64,000 bases of DNA from an uncultured Gammaproteobacteria bacterium (GCA_964640635.1 CAZXFD010000003.1:65149-129148), one strand, 5' to 3'; shown: positions 35,090-45,754, counted from the stretch's first letter. Translations and numbers: made by a program. Notes: a model not told the origin generated them from the letters alone.

Positions 35090-36343
35090 ATGCAAAAAGC
35101 AATATTAGATTTTCATATTCACTCTAGGTTTTCAAGAGCATGCTCTAAGGAACTAACTTTTTCTAATATTGCAAAATGGTGTCAGATCAAAGGTATTAAT
35201 ATAGTAGGAAGTGGAGATTTTACCCACCCACAATGGATAAAAGAATTTGAAGAGCTTATGAAAAGTAATGGAAATGGATTATACCAATTAAAAAGTGGTG
35301 AATATAGCGATGTATATTTTATCCTTTCAACAGAACTCTCGTGTATATATAAGAAAAATGGAAAAGTGAGAAGAATACATATTTGTATTTTGATGCCTAG
35401 TATTGATTCAGTAAAAAAGTTTAATCAAGAATTAGTAAGTAGAGGAAAAAATCTTAAATCAGACGGTAGGCCAATTCTTGGAATGGATGTGATAGAAGTT
35501 TTGACTATTGCACTTGCTATAGATAATAAAAGTTTAATTATTCCAGCGCACATTTGGACGCCATGGTTTGCAGCAATGGGATCAAAGTCTGGTTTTGATT
35601 CCATAGAAGAATGTTTCGAAGAATATTCAAGATATATATTTGCAGTTGAGACAGGACTTTCTTCTGATCCAAAAATGAACCACTTTGTTAGCTCTTTAGA
35701 TAATTATTTATTAGTATCAAATTCTGATGCGCATAGTTTGGAAAATTTGGGAAGAGAAGCAAACGTCATGATGCTAGAAAAATTTTCTTATGACGAGATA
35801 TATAATATTTTTAAAAACTGTGATAGGAATAAATTTTTATTCACAATAGAGTTTTATCCAGAAGAGGGGACTTATCATAATGATGGACATAGAAAGTGTG
35901 GAATAAATTTTGATCCTATGAAGTCTTTGGCAAATAAAAATATTTGCCCTGTTTGTAAAAAAGAATTGACACTCGGGGTGCTTCATAGAATAGGACAGCT
36001 TAGTGATAGAAATGATAAAAAAATAAAAAAATTAAATAATTTAGAAAATAATTTTATTCCTTACAAAAAAATAATTGGCCTCAAAAAAATTATTGCAGAT
36101 GTATATAGCGTTGGAAGCCATAGTAAAAAGGTTGATAAAATTTATTTTGAGATGATAAAAAAATTTAAAAATGAGTTTAATATATTATTAGATGTTTGTC
36201 TTGAGGATTTAAAAATATTTGATAAAAAAATTTCAAGGGGTATAAATATGGTAAGAGAAAATAAAGTAGACTTAATACCAGGCTATGATGGTGAATATGG
36301 AAAGATAAATATTTTTAAAAAATTAAAAATTAAAAAAAATTAG
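35090..36343 (+). CDS. PHP-domain protein with C-terminal zinc finger, endonuclease Q-like (TIGR00375 family)
   Basis: N-terminal ILDFHIHSRFS PHP motif; CPVCKKELTLGVLHR zinc-finger-like segment; start at Met 35090. Confidence 0.5.
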   Translation: MQKAILDFHIHSRFSRACSKELTFSNIAKWCQIKGINIVGSGDFTHPQWIKEFEELMKSNGNGLYQLKSGEYSDVYFILSTELSCIYKKNGKVRRIHICILMPSIDSVKKFNQELVSRGKNLKSDGRPILGMDVIEVLTIALAIDNKSLIIPAHIWTPWFAAMGSKSGFDSIEECFEEYSRYIFAVETGLSSDPKMNHFVSSLDNYLLVSNSDAHSLENLGREANVMMLEKFSYDEIYNIFKNCDRNKFLFTIEFYPEEGTYHNDGHRKCGINFDPMKSLANKNICPVCKKELTLGVLHRIGQLSDRNDKKIKKLNNLENNFIPYKKIIGLKKIIADVYSVGSHSKKVDKIYFEMIKKFKNEFNILLDVCLEDLKIFDKKISRGINMVRENKVDLIPGYDGEYGKINIFKKLKIKKN

Positions 36344-36403
36344 CATAAATAAAATAGCTTATTTTAGCCTTATTTTATAGGCTTATATGAATATATAAAT
36401 ATA

Positions 36404-36458
36404 TTGCGCAAAACAAAAATCCCTACACGACAAGTTAAGGGATTTTTGTTTTGCGCAA
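36404..36458. terminator. perfect 21-bp inverted repeat with 13-nt loop (bidirectional terminator or structured element) between convergent genes
   Basis: ttgcgcaaaacaaaaatccct / agggatttttgttttgcgcaa; arms read base by base. Confidence 0.55.
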
Positions 36459-36470
36459 GTTTGTTCACGC

Positions 36471-36611
36471 ATGAGAAATCTTATTTCTTTGATTTCTTTG
36501 CAACTTTTTTTGTTGCTTTTTTTGTTGCTTTTTTTGCAACCTTTTTTACAGGTTTCTTTGCAACTTTCTTTTTTGCAACCTTTTTTACAGGTTTCTTTGC
36601 AACTTTCTTTT
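36471..36611 (-). CDS. lysine/alanine-rich 46-aa protein (histone-H1/HU-tail-like repeats KKVAKKPVKK), not in ORF track
   Basis: minus-strand translation MAAKKKVAKKPVKKVAKKKVAKKPVKKVAKKATKKATKKVAKKSKKK; GAAAGG about 10 nt upstream; the plus-strand poly-Phe ORFs 36404..36751 and 36471..36668 are its mirror image. Confidence 0.4.
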
Positions 36612-36747
36612 TTGCTGCCATTTGTTTTATACCTTTCTTTTTATTCCAGATCCTTAATTGGATTTTAGGAATAAATTTTTTTAAACGATTCGGCGTGAGA
36701 ATTAACTCACATATTTATTATAGTTCTTTTTTTGAAAAAAAGAAATA

Positions 36748-36993
36748 CTAAACTCCAATTTTATTTCCAAATATTCCAAAGATTACACCCTCCATCAATC
36801 CTGTCATAAGTAATGCTCCAAAAATCATCATTGAAATTCCAACCAACATATAAACCAATCTACTTCCACCCTCTGATCCTAATTTTTGTTCTGCCCAATC
36901 ATTTCTTCCAAAATTTTCTACAATCCAATTTGTTTTCCATGTAACTACAAATCCAAGTATTATTATTGATAGACTTATAAAAAAATTTTTCAT
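36748..36993 (-). CDS. small membrane protein
   Basis: 81 aa; two TM helices. Confidence 0.4.
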   Translation of the reverse strand: MKNFFISLSIIILGFVVTWKTNWIVENFGRNDWAEQKLGSEGGSRLVYMLVGISMMIFGALLMTGLMEGVIFGIFGNKIGV

Positions 36994-37135
36994 AAAATTA
37001 TTTTTTCTTTAATATAATTTTAACAGAAAAATAAAAAAAAGAAAAGAGTTTTTTAAAAAAATAAGCCTTTTATATTCCTCCCATTATGATAAAATTATAC
37101 TAGATAAATATTTTATTTGTTTAATTTGAAATATA

Positions 37136-38866
37136 ATGCTCAGTGATAAAAAAATAAAAAGCATTCTTGAAAAAGTAAATCTGTTTTCATCTTTGGACTT
37201 GGAAAAATTTTTAAAAGAATCTACAAAAGAAAAAAAATCTTTAGCCGAGTATTTAGTTGAAAAAAAATTATTGAGTCAGGAGGTTTTATATGAAAATATA
37301 GCAGCGAGCATCAAAATCCCATTTATTAATTTGAAAAATACCAACATTAGAAAAGATATATTGTATATGATACCGGAGTCTGTTGCTATAGCGAATAATA
37401 TTATTGCGTTTGATGGAGATAGCAAATTTATACACATCGCGCTAATTGATCCGGAAAATTTGGAAATTATAGATTTTATTAAAAGAAAGACTGGGCTTAG
37501 CGTGAAAGTATATCTCAGCACCCCTGAAAACATAAAAGAGTCTTTTAAAAAATATAGTAGAAGTCTAGAGGCGGAGTTTAAATATTTATCAGATGGAGAT
37601 GAAGAGGTAAGTAAGTTAAAAGAAACAGGAAAAAAGAAATCTATTAAAGACTTGCCAGTAGCAAAAGTTGTCGATGCAATACTAGAGCACGCTATTATGG
37701 AAGGAGCATCAGATATTCACATAGAGCCAGAAGAAAAAAATGTTTTAGTAAGATATAGATTAGATGGAATACTTCATCATGCCATGACACTGCCAAAAGA
37801 GGTTCAGTCTGGGATTATAAGTCGCATTAAAATACTTTCTAATTTAAAGGTAGATGAACATCGTTTGCCACAGGACGGTCGTTTTAAAATGTATTCTGAA
37901 AAATACAAGGTTTCTTTTAGAGTATCTGTAATTCCTACGTTTGATGGAGAAAAAATAGTAATGAGAATTTTAAATGAAAAGGCACAGGTTCTCTCTCTTG
38001 ATCAATTGGGTTTCCATACTAAGGCATATGGTGTTGTAAAAAGAAATATAGAAAAACCACATGGAATTATTCTTGTAACAGGGCCTACGGGAAGTGGTAA
38101 AACAACAACACTCTATACGATACTTAATATGTTAAATACTCCAGAGGTAAATATTTCAACTATTGAAGATCCTATTGAGTACAAAATGAAAAATGTTAAT
38201 CAGTCTCAAGTGAATCCAAAAATAGGATTTACATTTGCGTCAGGACTTAGATCACTTCTTAGACAAGATCCAGATATTATTATGGTAGGAGAAATTAGAG
38301 ATCAAGAAACAGCAGAAATAGCAATTCATTCAGCTATGACAGGGCATCTAGTTTTATCTACTATCCACACTAATGATGCCCCAACAACAATTCCAAGACT
38401 TACACAAATGAATGTGCCAACCTTTTTAATAGCATCTACATTTAATATTATCATAGCTCAAAGACTAGTCCGAAAAATATGCCCTAATTGTATTTATAGC
38501 TACAATCTTGAAAAGGCATATATAAAAGAACTAGAAAAACAAGTAGATATGGAATCAATACTTAAAACATTAGAAGAAGAAAAAGTTATTGCAAAGAAAA
38601 AAAATAAATTAGAAGAGCTGTTGTTTTATAGGGGTAAGGGTTGTGATAAGTGTGCTAATACTGGATACAAGGGTAGGCTTGGAATTTATGAGGTTCTAGA
38701 AAATGACGAAAACATGTCAGAACTGATACTCAAAAACTCTGGAGCAGAAAAAATAAAAGAATATGCAATATCCCATGGGATGCTTTCTATAGTAGAGGAC
38801 GGTTTTATAAAAGCAAAAAATGGTATTACTACTATAGAAGAAATTTTAAGAGTCGCAAAAGAATAG
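37136..38866 (+). CDS. pilB: type IV pilus assembly ATPase PilB (GspE family)
   Basis: Walker A GPTGSGKTTTLY; GEIRD; C-terminal CPNC ... CDKC tetracysteine motif. Confidence 0.9.
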   Translation: MLSDKKIKSILEKVNLFSSLDLEKFLKESTKEKKSLAEYLVEKKLLSQEVLYENIAASIKIPFINLKNTNIRKDILYMIPESVAIANNIIAFDGDSKFIHIALIDPENLEIIDFIKRKTGLSVKVYLSTPENIKESFKKYSRSLEAEFKYLSDGDEEVSKLKETGKKKSIKDLPVAKVVDAILEHAIMEGASDIHIEPEEKNVLVRYRLDGILHHAMTLPKEVQSGIISRIKILSNLKVDEHRLPQDGRFKMYSEKYKVSFRVSVIPTFDGEKIVMRILNEKAQVLSLDQLGFHTKAYGVVKRNIEKPHGIILVTGPTGSGKTTTLYTILNMLNTPEVNISTIEDPIEYKMKNVNQSQVNPKIGFTFASGLRSLLRQDPDIIMVGEIRDQETAEIAIHSAMTGHLVLSTIHTNDAPTTIPRLTQMNVPTFLIASTFNIIIAQRLVRKICPNCIYSYNLEKAYIKELEKQVDMESILKTLEEEKVIAKKKNKLEELLFYRGKGCDKCANTGYKGRLGIYEVLENDENMSELILKNSGAEKIKEYAISHGMLSIVEDGFIKAKNGITTIEEILRVAKE

Positions 38867-38932
38867 ATTTGCTAAAAATAAATAATCGGTAAGTTTTAGA
38901 CTATATATTTATATAGTTATAAAGTTAACCCT

Positions 38933-40243
38933 ATGAAACAAAAACAAGAAAATAAAAATATTTTAGTCAGCAAAATTAAGACTATACATCCTTTAAAGCA
39001 AACCAAGCCAGTTGTTAAGAAAGCGTCCAAGATAAAAAAAGAAAATCAAGAAATTGTAGTCGATGAATCTATTCTTGTAAGTGACATAAGTAAGGCTACA
39101 ACACAAAAAAGCAATGATTCTACAAATAAAAGCATAGGATTGTTTAGTGAAACCCAGAAAAGCTCTAGTACAATGGACAAAATTAATAGTTTTTTATTGA
39201 AATTAAAGAAAGTCCCACTAAAAGAAAAATTATTTTTTGTTCAACATTTGTCTTTGATGTTAAGAGTGGGAATATCTCTTTCAAAGGCTCTTTATACCTT
39301 ATCTATCCAAGCACAGAATAAATATTTTGCACTTATTTTATCTGAAATGGCAAAGAGGGTAGACTCAGGAGAGGGTTTTTCAGAAGTGCTAAAGAGATAT
39401 CCAAGAGTTTTCAATGATCTTTTTATAAATATGATAGAGGCGGGAGAGGCATCTGGAAAATTAGAAGAAGTTTTGAAACAACTTTTTGTGCAAATGAAAA
39501 AAGAGCATGCTCTTATTGCAAAAGTGCGTGGCGCTATGACTTATCCAGCGGTAATTCTTATTGCACTTGTTGGAATATCTATTTTTATGATGGTTGTAGT
39601 TGTTCCGGGAATGACAGCAAATTTTATAGAAATGAAAGTAGAGCTTCCACTACCCACGAAAATACTTGTAGGAATAAGTAATATTTTAAGAACACAAGGG
39701 CCACTAGCAGCTGCCATTATAGCAGGACTTATAATGTTGTCTGCAAGATTTGCAAAAACAAAAAAAGGTAAAAGATTTTTTGATTCCATTATTTTGAAAT
39801 CTCCAATAGTGGGAACAATTGTAAAAAAAATTAATTTAGCTAGATTTGCTAGAAATTTAAGTTCTCTTTTGAAAACAGATATAATGATAGTTAGGGCTTT
39901 TGAAATATCTGCAGGAGTACTTGGAAATTCTTTTTATAAAGAAGCGCTACTAGACATAGGGAGTAAATTAAAAAAAGGTGAAACAATAACTGAGTCTATG
40001 AAAATTTATCCAAAATTGTTTCCACCAGTCGTCAGTCAAATGATAGCAATCGGAGAGGAAACTGGAGATTTAGATAATATATTGATAGAGCTCGCTGAGT
40101 TTTATGAGGAAGAAGTTAATCAAATCATGACTGATTTACCATCTCTTATTGAGCCAATATTAATTTTGGTGCTTGGTCTTGGAGTTGGAGGCATAGCAAT
40201 TTCAATTATAATGCCAATGTATAAAATTACCTCCGCTGTATAA
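38933..40243 (+). CDS. pilC: type IV pilus platform protein PilC (GspF family)
   Basis: 436 aa; duplicated GspF-type domains with three TM segments. Confidence 0.85.
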   Translation: MKQKQENKNILVSKIKTIHPLKQTKPVVKKASKIKKENQEIVVDESILVSDISKATTQKSNDSTNKSIGLFSETQKSSSTMDKINSFLLKLKKVPLKEKLFFVQHLSLMLRVGISLSKALYTLSIQAQNKYFALILSEMAKRVDSGEGFSEVLKRYPRVFNDLFINMIEAGEASGKLEEVLKQLFVQMKKEHALIAKVRGAMTYPAVILIALVGISIFMMVVVVPGMTANFIEMKVELPLPTKILVGISNILRTQGPLAAAIIAGLIMLSARFAKTKKGKRFFDSIILKSPIVGTIVKKINLARFARNLSSLLKTDIMIVRAFEISAGVLGNSFYKEALLDIGSKLKKGETITESMKIYPKLFPPVVSQMIAIGEETGDLDNILIELAEFYEEEVNQIMTDLPSLIEPILILVLGLGVGGIAISIIMPMYKITSAV

Positions 40244-40244
40244 T

Positions 40245-42449
40245 ATGACAAATAATTTTAATAAGAAAAATAGACGAGGTGCTTTTACTTTGATAGAGGT
40301 GCTCGTTTCTTTATTTGTGATAAGTATTGTAATGACTGGGATATATCAGCTTATTTTGTATTCTCTTGCAATAACATCTGATAATCAACACTATGTCGAG
40401 TCTATTGCTATAGCAAACCAAAAGATGGAGCAAATTAGAAATATGCCATACGATGATGTCGGTACTGTCTCTGGTAGTCCACACGGACTTATAAATGATT
40501 ATGAAAATATTGTTAGAAATGGAACGTATTCTGTACATACTGTTATACAATTTTTTGATGATCCATACGATGGAACTCTTGAAGATGAAACAGATGATAT
40601 ATTTACGGATTATAAGATAGTTACAGTGAATGTTTCATGGAATACAAGGATAGGACCAAAGAGTATAAGTGTCTTTTCAAGAGTCATTCCGCCAACAGAA
40701 GAAAATTTATCAGGATATGGGCTTTTGAAATTATTTGTAGTTGATTCCAATGGTTTGCCGGTATCAGGGGCGACAATTCATGTTGAAAATAATAGCATAA
40801 GCCCAGCTCTAGGTGTTGATTATACTTCTGATGAGGGTGGAAAGATATCTGTCCCAGTTTTACCAGCATTTCAATCTTATCAAGTTGTAGTTTCAAAGGA
40901 TGGGTATAGTGATGACGAGACATATAGTATTAGTGAGTCAAATCCAAGTCCAATAAAGAAAAATTTGAGCGTTGTTGAAAATAGAAAAACAGAAGAAAGT
41001 TTTTCAATAGATCTTATGAGTAGATTAAATATAAGAGTTGTTTCTGCAGAGTTGCCTAGTAATTTTCAAGTCAATGCAACTGGTGAATCATATTCACAAA
41101 CAAATTCAAAAACAGAAAGCGATTCAAGTGGCGAACTATACTCTATATGGAGCGATCAAGGAAGCACGACTATAGGGGTTTATATTCAAAAATATAATCA
41201 AGCGGGTGAAAGAAGATATTTATCAGATATTAAAATTAGTAGTGATATATATGGAGAGCCAGATATATCTATTAGTCCAGCTGATTCAGTTTATGTTTCT
41301 TGGTGTTCTATATCGGCTGATTGTTATTATCAAAAAATAAATAAAGACACAGGGGCAACTATTTGGGCAAGTGACAAACAAATAGAAGACTCATATAGTT
41401 CTAGTCAATCTAATTTAAAAATATTTGCATCGCCAACGAGCACGGACTTTTTCGCTACATGGCAAGACAATAAAGATGGAGATTATGATATTTACCTGCA
41501 GAAGTTTGATGAAAATGGTAGTGCGTTGTGGGCTAGTGCTATCAAAATAAATTCAAATGATGAATCATCAAACGTATCAGATCAATACGATCCAAATTTG
41601 TATATAGATAAAAATGATAATGTATATATTTCTTTTACAGATACTAGAAATTCCGTATCTTCTATATATATACAAAAAATAGATAAAAATGGAAGTAAGA
41701 TTTTCTCAAATGATGTTATGGTCAACACGTTTTCAGTAGACAATAGTCATTCAGCAGACATAGCACTAGATGCAGATGATAATATTTATGTTTCTTGGGT
41801 ATATGACAGCACAACAAATAAAAAAGTATTTGTTCAGAAATTTAATACTTCTGGGGAAAAGCAGTTTGGTAATGATATTGTTGTAAATACAGAAAGTATT
41901 ATTTCAAATAGATATTCACCAAGTATTTTATGTGATAATAATTCCAATATTTATATAGCATGGGCAGATGATAAAAATACCAATAAAGATATACATGTAC
42001 AAAAATTTTCATCATCTCTTTCTAAGACTTGGACAAATGAATTACGAGCCAATATAAACATAGGCATATCCCCACAAGATAATCCAGATATTTTTATGGA
42101 AAAGGCGGGGTATAAAATATTTGCATCATGGGATGATGATAGAAATGGAAATTTTGATATTTATTTTGGAGAAATAAGAGAATATGGAACAATTACCAAT
42201 TTAGGATCAATTCCTATAAAACTACTAAGCTCCAACAAAATAGGAAGAGATCCAGACGTGTTTAAGTATGACGATATATATAGTAGCAATTCATCGGGTA
42301 TCATTAATTTGGATCTTCCATGGGACGATGGCTACCTACTGAGTGTTGATGATACATCTTCATATGATCTTATTATGTCAGAACCATCAGAAAATATTGG
42401 TCTAGGGGCTGGAGAGACAAAAGATATTATTTTATATTTAAGTAGATAA
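40245..42449 (+). CDS. prepilin-type N-terminal domain protein fused to a Cna-B-like beta-sandwich domain and six or seven beta-propeller-like repeats (putative minor pilin / tip adhesin)
   Basis: class III signal RRGAFTLIEVLVSLFVISIV; repeats ending in (Y/V)(I/V)QK(F/I/Y) recur at about 45-aa spacing. Confidence 0.7.
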   Translation: MTNNFNKKNRRGAFTLIEVLVSLFVISIVMTGIYQLILYSLAITSDNQHYVESIAIANQKMEQIRNMPYDDVGTVSGSPHGLINDYENIVRNGTYSVHTVIQFFDDPYDGTLEDETDDIFTDYKIVTVNVSWNTRIGPKSISVFSRVIPPTEENLSGYGLLKLFVVDSNGLPVSGATIHVENNSISPALGVDYTSDEGGKISVPVLPAFQSYQVVVSKDGYSDDETYSISESNPSPIKKNLSVVENRKTEESFSIDLMSRLNIRVVSAELPSNFQVNATGESYSQTNSKTESDSSGELYSIWSDQGSTTIGVYIQKYNQAGERRYLSDIKISSDIYGEPDISISPADSVYVSWCSISADCYYQKINKDTGATIWASDKQIEDSYSSSQSNLKIFASPTSTDFFATWQDNKDGDYDIYLQKFDENGSALWASAIKINSNDESSNVSDQYDPNLYIDKNDNVYISFTDTRNSVSSIYIQKIDKNGSKIFSNDVMVNTFSVDNSHSADIALDADDNIYVSWVYDSTTNKKVFVQKFNTSGEKQFGNDIVVNTESIISNRYSPSILCDNNSNIYIAWADDKNTNKDIHVQKFSSSLSKTWTNELRANINIGISPQDNPDIFMEKAGYKIFASWDDDRNGNFDIYFGEIREYGTITNLGSIPIKLLSSNKIGRDPDVFKYDDIYSSNSSGIINLDLPWDDGYLLSVDDTSSYDLIMSEPSENIGLGAGETKDIILYLSR

Positions 42450-43031
42450 ATGAAACAAATTTCTAACAATAGAGCATTTACAATGATTGAAATTCTTGTG
42501 GCAATGGCGATCACCTCGATCATTATTTTGATTTTTAATCAGTTTTTGATTGTTGGATTTAAATCTACTACATTCAATATGGAACAAGAAGAGGCAATAA
42601 GTCATGCAAGAAATGCTGTGGACACAATGACACAAGAGATAAGAGGGGCCAACTCTTCAGACAAGGGAAATTATGCCCTATCTCAAATAGGTGCCAACGA
42701 TTTCATTTTTTACAATGATATAAATAAAGATGGTAAAAGAGAAAAAATAAGATATTATTTGAGCGGATATGAACTGCGAAAAGATATTACAAGCCCAGGA
42801 GCAGACAATAATTATACGGGCACTTCAACTATGAGTATTTTGTCTAAGTATGTTAATAATCAAGGAGAGTCAATTTTTAAGTATTATGACAATGCAAGGG
42901 TAGAAACAAATTTGATAGACAGAGTAAAATTAATTTCTATCAAATTAATGATAAACGTAACACCAGGGAGAGCCCCAGATGATTATATACTTGAAACAGA
43001 TATTACATTTAGAAATTTGATTAATTTATGA
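42450..43031 (+). CDS. prepilin-type minor pilin (PilW/GspJ-like)
   Basis: NRAFTMIEILVAMAITSIIIL class III signal; 193 aa. Confidence 0.7.
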   Translation: MKQISNNRAFTMIEILVAMAITSIIILIFNQFLIVGFKSTTFNMEQEEAISHARNAVDTMTQEIRGANSSDKGNYALSQIGANDFIFYNDINKDGKREKIRYYLSGYELRKDITSPGADNNYTGTSTMSILSKYVNNQGESIFKYYDNARVETNLIDRVKLISIKLMINVTPGRAPDDYILETDITFRNLINL

Positions 43032-44524
43032 TTTATAAAAACAAAAAGGGTAGTGTGCTTTTTTTATCACTTGTTTTAACAGGAATATTTTTTATTATTC
43101 TATCTTCTTCTATAGGACTTGGTCTTACTAGACAAAGATTCAATAAGACAAAGGTTTCAAGTGCGCAAGCGCTCAATATTGCAGAGGCAGGTATCAATTA
43201 TTATAAATGGGTCTTGTATCATGATAAGGAAGAATATTGTAATAATGAAACTTGTCTACCAGGGCCTGACTATGGTCCCTATGGTCCATATGAATATGGC
43301 GATCAAAATTCTGAGACTAGAGGTTTTTATGAATTATATATTACCCCACCAGAAGCAGATGGCGCAAAAGTAATAAAGATAAAATCAATTGCATGGACAG
43401 AAAAACATCCAAACATAAAAAGAACTATTGAGGTAACTTGTGGAGCTCCGTCTTGGTCATCTTTTGCAGTAATGTCTAATTCGGATATAAGATTTGGAGA
43501 AGGCACAGAAACTTGGGGGCCAATTCATTCAAATGGTGGAATTAGATTTGATGGCATTGCTCACAATATTATATCCTCCAGCGTGCTTAGCTATGATGAT
43601 CCAGATCATGAAGGAGGAAATGAATTTGGAGTTCACACACACACACCCATACTAGATCCATCTCCAGACTCAAATAATCCCCCACAGAACGTTCCAAACA
43701 GACCAGATACATTTATTTCAGGAAGAACCTTTCCGGTGCCAACGGCAAGTTTTGATTTATTAGATAATTATGTTAGTGATGTTTTACAGGTTGCAAGTAC
43801 AACAGGGGGTCTTATTCTAAATCCCACTGGAGCAAAGGGGTATCACATAAAATTCAATACAAATAATACAATGGATATAAAAATTGTAAATACAATAAGC
43901 AATCCATGTTCTCGTTGTATTGAAACCGGGTGTACGAGATATAAATGGGGTATTTGTATTTCTTGGGGTTGCACACAATATGAAAGCACAGAAACATATG
44001 GCATTACAAGAGAAACAAATTTATATTTATCAAAACCAATACCTGCGAATGGTATCATATTTGTAAAAGATAATGTCTGGATAGAGGGAGCAATCCATGG
44101 AACAAGAGTAACTGTTTTAGCATTCAAAGAACCACTTACAGGAAGTAATACGGATATAATAATCAATAGTGATATATCATATACTCATCATGACGGAACA
44201 GATGCGATAGGTCTTATAGCTCAGAGAAATATTTTGGTTGGGCTAGACTCTTTAAATCAGCTTCATATAGATGCTTCTATGATCGCAAAGGATGGTATGA
44301 TAGGTAGAGAATATTATATTCAAGATTGTGGGGGACATTATCAAAGACATAGTATAGATATATATGGATCTATTGCATCAAATCTTAGGTATGGATTTTC
44401 TTACACAGATGGATCTGGATACGATATAAGAAATATTAGTTTTGATAATAATTTAAAGTTTTTCCCACCACCACACTTCCCAACGGTTGGAGAATATGTT
44501 TTTTTATCTTGGGAAGAAAAATAG
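43028..44524 (+). CDS. pilus-associated protein with N-terminal hydrophobic anchor (PilX-like?)
   Basis: 498 aa; 4-bp overlap with upstream pilin gene; N-terminal TM; no confident family. Confidence 0.5.
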   Translation: MIYKNKKGSVLFLSLVLTGIFFIILSSSIGLGLTRQRFNKTKVSSAQALNIAEAGINYYKWVLYHDKEEYCNNETCLPGPDYGPYGPYEYGDQNSETRGFYELYITPPEADGAKVIKIKSIAWTEKHPNIKRTIEVTCGAPSWSSFAVMSNSDIRFGEGTETWGPIHSNGGIRFDGIAHNIISSSVLSYDDPDHEGGNEFGVHTHTPILDPSPDSNNPPQNVPNRPDTFISGRTFPVPTASFDLLDNYVSDVLQVASTTGGLILNPTGAKGYHIKFNTNNTMDIKIVNTISNPCSRCIETGCTRYKWGICISWGCTQYESTETYGITRETNLYLSKPIPANGIIFVKDNVWIEGAIHGTRVTVLAFKEPLTGSNTDIIINSDISYTHHDGTDAIGLIAQRNILVGLDSLNQLHIDASMIAKDGMIGREYYIQDCGGHYQRHSIDIYGSIASNLRYGFSYTDGSGYDIRNISFDNNLKFFPPPHFPTVGEYVFLSWEEK

Positions 44525-44613
44525 TTTTTTATAAAAAGTTTAAATTCTGTAGTTATAATGTTATAATTCATTTATCTAGTTGTGTAATTATATAAAGTAG
44601 TCAATAATTTTTT

Positions 44614-45750
44614 ATGATAGAAGTAAATAATTATCCCATAGGAATAGATATTTCAGATCTTTCTCTGAAACTTGTTCAACTTGCAAAATCAGGAGATAAA
44701 ATTATTCTCAAAGCTTTTTCTAGTAAAAAAATAAAGAAAGGAATTATAGAAAATGGAGAAATAAAAGATAAGGAGTTGTTTATTTCAAATATTAAAGAAA
44801 TGTTAGATAAGCCAATTTATGGTAAAGTATCTGGTGATGAGGCCGTCATTTGCCTTCCAGAGCCACAGACATTTATTAAGTTATTGAAAATAGAGAATAC
44901 ACAAAATAAAATAAGAGAAGAAATAAAATTACAATTAGAGAATTCTTTTCCAGTTGCACTAGAAGATATCTATTTTGATTGGCAGGAAATTCCAAGTGAA
45001 TTTGAAAACAAATTAGTGCTTGTTGGTGCATCTCCAAAAAACTTTGTTGATGATTATATAGGTGTTTTAAAGGATGCAAAATTATCAGTAATGGCTTGTG
45101 ACATAGAATCGGTTGCAATAAGTCGTGCCATTCTTCAAGAAGAGTCGCCACATTTTAAAACGCCAGAGAACAGAAAAACATATGGAATTATAGATATAGG
45201 GGCAAGTAGAAGTAGTTTTTTTGCATATTCAAAAAATACTATACTTTTTGATATAAGCATACCAATATCAGGAGAAGAAATCACAAGAAAGATAGCAAAG
45301 TCTTTAGAACTTGATATGAGTAAGGCAGAGCTTGCTAAAATAAGTATTGGTTTTGATAGCAAAAAAGCAAATGGTCTTGTAAATAAGGCGCTTACAGATA
45401 TGGTTGATAAATTAATCAGAAGAATAGAAGGAGTTTTTGATTTCCATGCAAGCTATTTTTCTGAATTTGGAAATATAGAACAAATTTATTTATGTGGAGG
45501 CGTGGCAAATATCAAAAATATAGACAAATTAATAGAACAACAAATAAAAGTTCCTACAAAAATAGCAGATCCACTTATTAATATTAAAAAGGGTGAAGAT
45601 ATATTAAAAGAATTTGAAGAAGTTTATGAACTTAAAATAGAATCAAACAATAAAAAGTCCAAAGAAGATAGTTTAGTTTATAAACAAAGTTCTACGGCAA
45701 ATTATACTACAGCGATAGGACTTGCTCTTAGATCTATTTTTTTAGAATAA
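44614..45750 (+). CDS. pilM: type IV pilus assembly protein PilM (actin-like ATPase fold)
   Basis: N-terminal IGIDISDLSLKLVQL and FtsA/PilM-like organisation. Confidence 0.65.
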   Translation: MIEVNNYPIGIDISDLSLKLVQLAKSGDKIILKAFSSKKIKKGIIENGEIKDKELFISNIKEMLDKPIYGKVSGDEAVICLPEPQTFIKLLKIENTQNKIREEIKLQLENSFPVALEDIYFDWQEIPSEFENKLVLVGASPKNFVDDYIGVLKDAKLSVMACDIESVAISRAILQEESPHFKTPENRKTYGIIDIGASRSSFFAYSKNTILFDISIPISGEEITRKIAKSLELDMSKAELAKISIGFDSKKANGLVNKALTDMVDKLIRRIEGVFDFHASYFSEFGNIEQIYLCGGVANIKNIDKLIEQQIKVPTKIADPLINIKKGEDILKEFEEVYELKIESNNKKSKEDSLVYKQSSTANYTTAIGLALRSIFLE

Positions 45751-45754
45751 TAAT

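Noticed and set aside
36404-36751. 115-aa and 65-aa plus-strand Phe-rich ORFs
   Set aside because: The poly-Phe/Ala/Thr low-complexity products are the mirror image of a Lys-rich minus-strand gene, and the longer one starts inside a 21-bp perfect hairpin.
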